DNA from: Octopus vulgaris
Taxonomy: Eukaryota
Assembly: GCA_951406725.2 (NCBI GenBank)
Contig: OX597820.1
Span: 128,464,001-128,528,000 of the forward strand
Direction: 5' to 3'
Length of the DNA stretch: 64,000 nucleotides
A program made the position numbers and the translations under genes. A model generated the notes under the pieces. The model searched no databases, was not told where the DNA came from, and saw only the letters and a program-made list of their open reading frames with translations. Positions within the stretch are counted from its first letter, which is position 1, and each line of letters starts with the position of its first letter. Shown one piece after another: positions 53,211 through 64,000 of the stretch.

Positions 53211-56200
53211 CTCACTAGTGCTGATGTCATGAGTTTTCATGACATTCCTATAAAAAGAGTACCCAGTACTCTTTGTGTAGTGGTTGGAATTAAAAGTGGC
53301 ATCCAGTTCAGCCATAGAAACCATGCTAAAACAGACACTGGAGCTCAACACCATCCTCTGACCTGTCAAATTGTCCAATCCATACCATATGGCTGCTAAA
53401 TAACGATAATGATCTCAGCAAAACAGTTTTAGGTAATTCCTGCATTTCGGTTGGGGTGTGTAAATTTATTATGATTTTAAGAATACTAATCTCTAACATT
53501 GGGACATGTCCACATATCTGAGAAGGGGAGTGTCATTGATTAAATTTAGTCCTGTACTTAACTGGTACTTTATTTTATGGACCCCTTCCCCTCCTCTCAA
53601 ATATTGACACAAATTTTGGAACTCAGAATGTAAAGGTCCATAACTGGATTATGCAAGACATTTAGTCTAACACTAGTGTTCTAATAGTGCATGATTTAAG
53701 AGATATTCTTTAATAATTTAACTTGTTTCAGTCATTTGACTGTGGCCATGCTGGAGCACCGCCTTTAGCCGAGCAAATCGACCCCAGGACTTATTCTTTG
53801 TAAGCCTAGTACTTATTCTATCTGTTGCTTTTGCCAAACCACTAAGTTACAGGGATTGGTTGACAACCAGCATTGGTTGTCAAGCGATGTTGGGGGAACA
53901 AACAGACACACACAAACATATACATACACACACATATATATACACATATATACAACGGGCTTCTTTCAGTTTCCATCTACCAAATCCACTCACACGGATT
54001 TGGTCGACCCGAGGCTATCGTAGAAGACACTTGCCCAAGGTGCCACGCAGTGGGACTGAACCTGGAACCATGCAGTTCGTAAGCAAGCTACTTACCACAC
54101 AGCCACTCCTACGCCTATATTGAACATTTTAGATTAAAATCTTTGTCAAATGAGTGTGAGAAACAATGATTCCAGAAACAAGTTACCCCTCTGGAAAACA
54201 ATATATTTCAGTTATTTCCCTTGACCAGTTATCAGTTACAATTCCCCTTTGTATCTGCTGTGTAGAGAGAGTCTGTCATTTCAATCAAGGAGTTTTCATT
54301 TATCTTAACATTGTGAATATCATTCTGCTTACCCTAATTCTCTATATACATCATATGTCCACTCAAGTCACTCATTTTTTAAACTCACTACACCCATTTT
54401 TCACTCCACTCATTTGTGCTCCATTGTTCATACAAAAAGTGACATTATGTATCCAGCTGAGTGTGTGTGCCTCATTTCTTTCCCGCTGTTACTCATCAGT
54501 CACATTCTGTCACACCCTGTCACATTCTGCAAATCTTGGAGATTTTAATGTGATAGGAGGATGAGGTAATAAGGGTATCATTAGAAAGAATGGCATTGAA
54601 AAATGCATTGTAAATGGCAGCCTAATTCTCATCAAATAGATTGAAGGCAATCTAATCATCACCAGTACCTTCTTCCAGTAGAAGAATAAATTCAAAGCCT
54701 GTTGGCAATATCAACTGACACTTTCTGGAATATGTATGTATAAGCCCTCATGACCAAAAGTTATTGCTGCCAACGGCGAGCTGGCAGAAACGTTAGCACG
54801 CCGGGCGAAATGCGTAGCCGTATTTCGTCGGCTGTTACATTCTGAGTTCAAATTCCGCCGAGGTTGACTTTGCCTTTCATCCTTTCGGAGTCGATTAAAT
54901 AAGTACCAGTTATGCACTGGGGTCGATGTAATCGACTTCACCTGTTTGTCTGTCCTTGTTTGTCCTCTCTATGTTTAGCCCCTTGTGGGTAGTAAAGAAA
55001 TAGGTATTTTGTCTGCCATTACGTTCTGAGTTCAAATTCCACCGAGGTCGACTTTGCCATTCATCCTTTCGGGGTCGATCAATTAAGTACCAGTTACGCA
55101 CTGGGGTCGATGTAATCAATTTAATCCGTTTGTCCTTGTTTGTTCTCTCTGTGTTTAGCCCCTTGTGGGGAGTAAAGAAATAGGTATTGCTGCCAGCTAA
55201 ACTTACTGGTGTAGATAACTGTTGGAATGACCATCATTTGACCCCAAGATTAGACCTGTGAGTCAAAAGATGTTTTGGTATTAATAACAGATGTTCAGCC
55301 AGTATCCTTGGCTTTTGAAATTCAGAAAAGTAGCTAACATTAAAAAAAATGTCTTGCAAAAGAACTACTCAATCAGTTTTCAAACTTAGTTACCACTTTG
55401 AATGAGTCATAGAAAGTCATTACTGAAACTTATCAAAAAACATTCGCCTACCTTAAGAACTGTTAAAACTCATTGGCCATATGACTCATTTATTTCTAAA
55501 AGAATTTGACCTCAGGCTCATCAATTTATTATCCAGAATTGGATGCAAGAAGAAATATCTCTTGATCTCAAGGATTGTTACTATCTGCAAATAAAAGAAG
55601 ACGAAGCTGACTACAAAAATTATGATGAGGGCGGGTCTCCTTGCTATCCATTGTGTGCAAAGTACTAATACAGATTGTCAGTAACTGACTCAGACCAACT
55701 GCAAAGGCCACCTTTCCATGTCAAAGTGTATTTCAACTTTGCAGTTCAACAACTATGGGGAAAATGTTAGGAATAACATTAGCCAATGAATCTGGCCTTC
55801 GTAAACTTGTCAAATATATTCAACAGTGTCCATTTTGGCCTTCTCCATGCAGCAGATGGTTGTCCAAAGAAATTCTTCAAAATTTTGAGTCATCATGATG
55901 ACATATTTGCTAAGGTTTTTGCAATGATGCACCAACTGAGCCATTCCAAGTCAACTCTATGGTAAAGCAGCGATGTGTCATTGAACCTATTCTGTTCATT
56001 GTATTTGAGGGCGGCGAGCTTGCAGAATCATTAGCACGCTGGATGAAATACGTAGCCGTATTTCGTCTGCTGCTACGGTCTGAATTCAAATTCCGCCGAG
56101 GTCGACTTTGTCTTCCATTCTTTCGGGGTCGATTAAATAAGTACCAGTTACACACTGGGGTTGATATAATCGACTTAATCCGTTTGTCTGTCCTTGTTTG

Positions 56201-58628
56201 TCACCTCTGTGTTTAGCCCCTTGTGGGTAGTAAAGAAATATATACTGTTCATTGTATTCATAGTCACAATCATGCATCAAGGGCATGTTATTACCTAGAA
56301 TTGCAATTTTCTATAGAAACAATGGGAAACTCTTCAACTTCAGTAGACTCAAATCCAAGAATAAAACAACCAAAACTGCCTGCTAGACTTTCAGTATGTA
56401 GACGAAAGTAGTACTTCCAACTAACAAAATAAAAAATAAAAATATCCTACAAACCAGCTTCCAAGTGTTTGATCATGCACGTACCCATCTTAGACTGTAT
56501 GCATATTGGAGAAGATAGATATTATACTGACCTTCTAGAGACATTAACCTTGAGCTGAATGGTTTTCAACAATATCAACCACTTCTTTATATTTTGAAAC
56601 CCACCTGTTTTCTAATGAAGACATAAATGAGGAGATCCAGCACTGACATATTGGGCCAGAGCATACCTTTGATTACTTAAGACACAAGATCTTAGAAATG
56701 TTATGGAAATGTCTACAAAATTGTTCTGTTCTCTCTGGATCTGAAGCATAGACAGCCTGTCATAGCTTTTAGAACATTTTCATCAGTGCTACCTTCAAAG
56801 CGATCTTGAAATCAACCGAGAGGCCTGTTGATCAAATACTAATGTCCTGCATGAAGTCAAAACCAATTTTGAAGTAATTATAATCAAAAACCAACTCAGG
56901 TTGGTGTCTAAATGAGTGATTATTGGTTTCCAAAACAACAGAAGAAAAAAATTGAAGGACTTGCTGAAGCAGAACCTGAAGTCTTGCAATGTTAATTGTG
57001 TAGAATGTGAAGACTATCGAAAGTAGTGAAAATTAGTTCATCTGGGAGCTGACAATTTTAGGCATAGGGAAATAGAACTGAACATCTGAAGAAAACAGAA
57101 GGAAGAATGAGCAGGGTTTCTCAACAGGAGACATACGGGCCATGGATCATTTCTTGGGGGCCACAAAGCTAAGTTTGAAAAATAGGGAGCTACAGAGGCC
57201 ACAGAATATTTGAAAATCAAAATATTAGCATGTAAGTATGTATTTTCATTTGTAAAATGCACATTACACATATACATATAAGAAACACGTGTATATGTAT
57301 GGAAGAAGCAAAGTGAAAGGAAAACTGAAAGATAACATGGAAATAATGAAGTGGTTATTCTGTCTTTTATCTTGTACTTATTGAGGTCATTAGACTGGCC
57401 ATGCGGGAGCACTACCTTGAAGGACTTTTAGTTGAATGAATCGACCCCAGTACTTAATTTTTTAAAACCAGGTTCTTACTCTATCAGTTTTTTTGCTGGG
57501 ATGTAAACACATCAACACTGGTTATCAAGCAGTAGCAGGGGACAAACACAGACACAAAGGTGCACATATACACGATGGGCTTTTTTTCTGTTTCCATCTA
57601 TCAAAACCACTCAAGGCTTTGGTCAACCTGAGGCTGTAGTGGAAAAAGACTTACCCAAGGTGCCATGAACTTGGAACCATGTGGTTGGGAAACAAGCTTC
57701 TTACCACATAGCCAAGCCTGTTCCTATGTAAAGTATTACAAAAAGAAGGGAAAAAAATGCTAAATGAAACCATGCAAAGTGAATACTGTGTAAACCGAGG
57801 GACCACTATTTAAGTAAGTATTAAAAAAATCTCATTCATCTCTATAGATAAGGCTAATAATAGTCTGGAAACCTTATCTTATTATTATTATGGCCAAGTT
57901 CCAACCTGGGCTGCAGAAAAATAGTCCACCCACTATACTTTTCAGTCCAAACGTCACTGTCTCAAGGTCCTGGATACATTCCAGGCCACTGTCTGCAATC
58001 AAGTTGCCAATGTGTGATGTTTTCCTCTCCTTACATCGCCACAAAGTGGGTTCCACAAATTTGGATGCTTCCCGTTCAGGGCTGTGCATGCAGCTGTCTT
58101 TATCTGATCTTACTTATGCTTTTATTACTGATGTTAATATACTAAGTACGTGGAAGTGTACATGTGATTTGCTATTTACTATTCTTATTTTCTAAGAAAA
58201 ATAATCAAGTTTTGAATAACTAATAAACAGTCAATAGTGTAGCAATTGTAAAGGTGACCTTTCTAAGGTCCTCGGAATAAAGAGAACTAAATAAATAAAC
58301 AAGCCATCGATGTATCAGGCCCTTTCTTTCTTAGCAATAGACATGGACTCCTGGTCAGATTATTGAATGTTATACATTTACATAGTTGTAGCCTTTGAAT
58401 AACACCACTCTGCTGGTTAGGCTGGCAGGCCAATATTCACCCTGAACAGAATGCAACTGCCAGTCCATTGAAGAGTTACCCATTAACGACTGTGTAGACT
58501 GGAGCAATGTGAAATCAAGTGTTTGGTTCAAGAACACATTGCACCACTCATCTGGAAATTAAAACAATGATCTTGTAATCATGAGAGTAACACCCTAACA
58601 ACTAGGTCATGCACCTTCATTTCATATA

Positions 58629-58826
58629 CACGAGGGGTGCTGAAAAGTTCCTGGCTTTGGGTAAAAGAAAATGCAGGAGGATCAGGTATTCCCTGCTCAG
58701 ATTCACATACTTATTGCAGTAGTCCTTCAGTTTTTCTAAGCCCTGTAAAAGAACTCGGAAGGTTCAGCTTCCAACCAGGACTTTTGCAATACCCTTAAAA
58801 CCAGGAACTTTTCAGCCCTACCCTTA
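58629..58826. mobile_element. mariner-like MITE
   Basis: cgaggggtgctgaaaagttcctggcttt / aaaaccaggaacttttcagccc inverted ends. Confidence 0.6.
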
Positions 58827-60169
58827 TATGTATGTGTGTGTGTGTCCCCTGTTTGATAGCATTTGGTTGGTGATACCTGTTAGAGGAACTTTTGAAAGCA
58901 CACAAGTTTTTTTTTTTTAACCTTAATTATATTATGCATACAAGAAGTGAAATGTAGAGGTACTTCAACTAGATTCCTCCTTGACATAAGTATATATTCT
59001 TTAGTTGAGAACAACTTTTGTATTCAATTTAAAAATTTTTTAGTCTGAGAAAAAAGGGTAAGACATCCATAGCTTTTTTTTTGTTGTTTTTTCGCAGCCT
59101 CCAAGAAAGGAAGTAAAAACTATGACTTAAAGAATTATTCTCAATTGAGAGACCTGATTCATAATTTCTTTTTCACAAAGTCTCCAAGAATGGTAGGCTG
59201 AAAGGGAGGTGAAACAGGTCTAGCATTTTAGTATTTAAATCGGCCATATCCAGCCCAAATATTCTACCTGTTTTATGCTCAAACTGGACAGGTTTGGCCT
59301 CTCATAACAACCCTACAATATCATTCTAAAAATTAACAGTTACTTCATCAAAATCTCCAAGCTACAAAGTAATGCACGACTAATTCAAAACGATGTGAAT
59401 AAATAACCGTTACTTTTGACAAAATAATGTGAATGTTATAGGGCTAGAGTTTTTGCTGTAGCCACAAAAGATCAAACTCACCTCATGCTAAATATCATTG
59501 GCGAATGGAATTTTGGAGTTTTCTCCCTTGCTCTCATTTTCAAAAACAAATGCGCTTTAACATTAATAACTTTTCTTCGTTACAGTTATAATTTAAACTC
59601 TATCATAATCACTTCCAACGTACTGCATTAACCCTTTGGCCATCAAAAGTGGATATATCCACTCAAAATTTTATTAATGCCAGTTGTGAAAAGCGAATTT
59701 CATATATGGCTTTGAAAGAAAAAAAATACAAAAAAGCTCCACCTGGATGAAGCAGAGGCACTTTTTAGAGAAAACAATTTTTCAGCTATTTCATGAAATA
59801 TCTCTTTACAAATCAAGAATCAAATACTTTAATGGTGGATATGAAATCTGTACCTACAGGAAATACCCCCAAAAGTATTGCAGAAGCAGAAATTATCAGT
59901 TCAGATTTTTTTGTGGATATTATATGGGAATGACCATGAAATTTAACTATTACTCTTTACTCTTTTACTTGTTTCAGTCATTTGATTGTGGCCATGCTGG
60001 AGCACCGCCTTCAGTCGAGCAAATCGACCTTAGGACTTATTCTTTGTAAGCCTAGTACTTATTGTGTCTGTCTATTTTGCTGAACCACTAAGTTACAGGG
60101 ACATAAACACACCAGCATTGGTTGTCAAGCGATGTTGGGGTGACAGACAGACACACAAACATATACACA

Positions 60170-62145
60170 CATCATCATCATCAACATCGTTTAACGTCCG
60201 TTTTACATGCTTAGCATGGGTTGGACGGTTCAACTGGGGTCTGGGGAGCCAGTAGGCTGTGCAAGGCCCAGTCTGATCTGGTAGTGTTTCTACAGCTGGA
60301 TGCCCTTCCTAACGCCAACCACTCCGTGAGTGTAGTGGGTGCTTTTTACGTGCCACCTGCACAGGTGCCAGACGAGGCTGGCAAACGGCCACGATCGGAT
60401 GGTGCTTCTTACGTGCCACCGGCACGGAGGCCAGTCAGGGCAGTGCTGGCAACGGCCACGTTCAAATGGTTCTCTTATGTGCCACAATTTCCATTGGTGT
60501 TGATCGATTTCGATTTTGATTTTCACTTGCCTCAACAGGTCTTCACAAGTAGGGTTTGTGTCACAAGAAGGAAAGATATGCATAAGTGGGCTGGCTACGT
60601 CCCAGGTAGAGGCCACAGGTTATGGTCTCACTTGTCCTGCCGGGTCTTCCCACGCACAGCATACTTCCAAAGGTCTCAGTCTCTGGTCATTTCCTTGGTG
60701 AGACCTAAAGTTCGAAGGTCATGCTTCCCCACCTCATCCCAGGTTTTCCTGGGTCTACCTCTTCCACAGGTTCCCTCAACCGCTAGAATGTGGCACTTTT
60801 TCACACAACTATCTTCATCCATTCTCACTACATGACCATACCAGCGCAAACATCTCTCTTGCACACCACAACTGATGCTTCTTAGGTCCAACTCTTCTCT
60901 CAAGGTACCTACACTCTGTCGAGTATGAACACTGACATTACACATCCATCGGAGCATACTGGCTTCATTTATTGCAAGCTTATGCATATCCTCAGCAGTC
61001 ACGGCTCAAGTTTCACTGCCATGTAGCATGGCTGTTCGTACACATGCGTCATACAGTCTGCCTTTTATTCCGAGCGAGAGGCCTTTTGTCACCAGCAGAG
61101 GTAAGAGCTCTCTGAACTTTGCCCAGGCTATTCTTACTCTAGCAGTTACACTTTCAGCACACCCGCCCCCGCTGCTGACTTGGTCACCTAGGTAACGGAA
61201 GCTATCAACAATTTCTAGTTTTTCTCCCTGGAATGTGGCAGAAGTTGGTCTCTGAGCATTTTCAGTGCTTATTGCTCCTGAGCATCTGCCACGTACAAAA
61301 ACTATCTTCCCAGTTAGCCTTCCTTTGACATTGCTGCACTTCTTATGCGTCCATAGCTTACACTTGGTGCATCTTATAGAGTTTCTACCTACACCTTTTC
61401 TACAGATCAAGCAGGGCCATCTACCTGAAGGCGTTTGTGATTTGCCTGCCTTCCTATATATTAGGACTTTGGTTTTAGCTAGGTTGATTTTAAGGCCCTT
61501 TGATTCTAATCCTTGTCTCCACACCTGAAACTTCTCCTCCAGTTCTGATAGTGACTCAGCAATTAGAGCAAGGTCATCAGCATATAGGAGCTCCCAGGGG
61601 CATCCTGTCTTGAATTCCTCCGTTATTGCCTGGAGGACTATGATAAATAGGAGGGGACTGAGGACTGAACCTTGATGGACCCCTACTTCTACCCTGAATT
61701 CTTTAGTGTACTCGTTGCCAACCCTCACCTTACTTACAGCGTCTCTATACATGGCTTCCACAGCTCTCACTAACCATTCATCTATCCCTAGTTTCCTCAT
61801 TGACCACCAGATAAGGGATCAGGGGACCCTGTCGAAAGCTTTCTCCATGTCAACGAAAGCCAGGTACAGGGGCTTATCTTTAGCTAGGTATTTCTCCTGC
61901 AGCTGTCTCACCAGAAATATGGCATCAGTGGTGCTTTTCCCTGGCATGAAACCAAACTGCATCTCATCCAAGCTGACTCTCTCCCTAATCAGTTGGGCTA
62001 TGACCCTCTCCGTAACCTTCATTACCTGATCCAACAGCTTGATACCTCTGTAATTATTTGTATCTAAAGCGTCACCTTTACCTTTGTAGCAGTTGACTAT
62101 TATGCTGCTACACCAGTCATTGGGTATAACTCCTTCATGTATCAC
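60170..62145 (-). mobile_element. 5'-truncated RTE-clade LINE inserted into a family-1 SINE
   Basis: ORFs 62148-61819, 61800-61006 and 61002-60676 contain NYRGIKLL, QFGFMPG, AFVDMEKAFDRVP, GVHQGSVLSPLLF, LLYADDL and LRWYGHV. (GAT)n tail. SINE halves lie at ~59950-60169 and ~62145-62282. Confidence 0.92.
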
Positions 62146-64000
62146 CAAATCTACTCACAAGGCTTTGGTCAGCCCGAGGCTATAGTAGAAGACGCTTGCC
62201 AAGGTGCCACGCAGTGAGACTGAACTCAGAACCATGTGGTTCGTAAGCAAGCTACTTACCACTCAGCCACTCCTATGCCTATACATTGAAAAGGTTAAGA
62301 ATTTAAGTTGCATTTAACCAGATGGAGGGTTAGTATCCAATTTCAACTTACAAAAAAATGTGTGATTGAGTTAAACACAGATAAAGAAGTTCCAACTGCT
62401 GCTGTTGTTATCATTTCTTGTGAAAGAAACAGGCAATTCTGACAGAATTTGAATTTACTATAAACAGAACAAAACTAAATACTGTATGGTGTTTAGTATT
62501 ATTATTATTATTATTATTATGCATTTCTTTGGCAAATGGCACCTTTATTTCAAATGGCAATAATTGCATCCTGGCTTTACTTTATTAAGCTAAATAAGGA
62601 TAATAATGATGTCCAATATTGGATCAAGGCCAAAATTGCTTGGAGAGAGATGTAACCAGTTATATCAATTTATATAACTATTCATTTCATCTGATTAGTA
62701 ATCTAAAGGAAAAAAAAATTTCCATTTGGATAATAACCACAAAATGTTTCAAATATGATGCTGATAATAATGATTCCTTTTTCAGCCTCAGTGTTGTTGC
62801 TGTAGCTGTTCAATAGATTATTACTACCACTTATTGCATAAAGAGAAGCTTTGAGTGGCAAAATTCATTTTGGTTACTTGAATCACATCTCCTTTTTATC
62901 TTTTACTGGCTGGCTAGCAAAGATGACAGATGTTATTAAAATTTCTTCTTATAGTAGAAGTACACAAAAGAAAATTTTCAAAATATAACTTCAAACATGA
63001 AAAACAAAAAGGAACCAGGCTGTAGCCAGTTTACTGGCAAAAAAATGAAAATAATACTTTCAGAAAGGGAAACTATCAACAAATTTTCACAACTTATGGA
63101 AGAACAGACAATACTAAGAATAGTAATATTTCTTGCTAATTTTGGCACAAGGCCAGTAATTCTAAGGGGTTAAGTCAATTACATTGACTCCTGTGTTCAA
63201 GCAGTACTTATTTTACCGACCCTGAAAAGATGAACAGCAAAGTTGGCCCAGAACAAAGAACTGGAAAATATGCCATTAAGTATTTTGTCCAGTGTACTAA
63301 TTGATTCTGCCAGCTTGCCACCTTACTAAGAATAGTAATAATAAAGATGGTTAGGATCACTTCACAGATTAAGTAACCTAGAATGAAATTTGGTATATGG
63401 AAACTCTGCAGAAACTCGTGTGTCCCCATCCTTATTCTAATAGAAAGATTTATTCTTTAACCAAAATTAATAAATTTCATAGGACATGGTACTTGATTGA
63501 ATCATCCCCAATGTGTTTAGAACATGAAGTCCATTAGGAATGATAGGAATGGGTTTTCTTCTGAAATTCATCATTTTTAATTTTCAGCATGATTTGTTGT
63601 ATCATTTTAAATAGGGTTTTAGCCAAATATTTTTGAAATACTTTGCTTCACCATTTTGAAAATAACTTTCTGTGGTGCAAGAAAATGTAACCCTTTTCAG
63701 AACATATTTCTAATGAAATATACTGTCTTTATTTCAATTAAATTATGAAAATAATGAAGAGTTTAGTAGAAGTAACTTTCTCAATACTAAGCTGTTGTTT
63801 GGAACATAAACATGAAATTTTGATGGAAGGTTTTATTTCAAATCATTTTAAAACAGGAAGTTTCTGTCACAAAACCAGAGAGGTCTCACGCAGGGTGGAA
63901 TCAAAAGGGTTAACTTTAATTTAGGACAATTCAAATGGCAGTAACATGACCAGAAAACACTATTTGAGAGTTTATAGTCTTTGCTTTTGGTTACTAAACT

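Noticed and set aside
55300-58100. Possible host exons in ORFs such as 57874-58089 and 56795-56989
   Set aside because: Multiple stops and no consistent splice pattern; they look like heavily decayed LINE debris that I cannot classify confidently.
59627-63912. TTAACCCTT ... AAGGGTTAA as one piggyBac element
   Set aside because: The match is limited to the generic terminal motif and there is no transposase between; probably ends of separate MITE remnants.

Overview
AT-rich, repeat-dense animal genomic DNA. The tRNA-derived SINEs, RTE and CR1 LINE debris and (TA)n/(TATG)n microsatellites look like an octopus/cephalopod genome (inference). The only intact protein-coding genes I can support are three paralogous two-exon genes: A (minus, 19333-18625 + 13969-13683, 331 aa), B (minus, 32690-31994 + 24133-23847, 327 aa) and C (plus, 48088-48793 + 52056-52351, 333 aa). 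They encode Merlin/IS1595(ISXO2)-type transposase-derived proteins. All three have open frames and share one phase-1 GT-AG intron at the same codon (WILP-G|GT-THIVSD). I see no flanking TIRs, and the DDE triad is altered (last E is D in all three; first D is G in C). This points to a domesticated, locally expanded Merlin-transposase gene family. The same locus carries several non-autonomous elements with GG...CC ends and 8-bp TSDs (the Merlin signature). It also has an inverted, duplicated CpG-rich promoter-like block pointing toward the head-to-head genes B and C, and a palindrome just upstream of the start codons. Also present: a near-complete frameshifted Tc1 (DD34E, IR-DR ends), a ~2-kb-unit Helentron-like tandem array, LINE remnants whose 3' tails match the SINEs, and a candidate type I hammerhead ribozyme. 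SINE and LINE boundaries are approximate.
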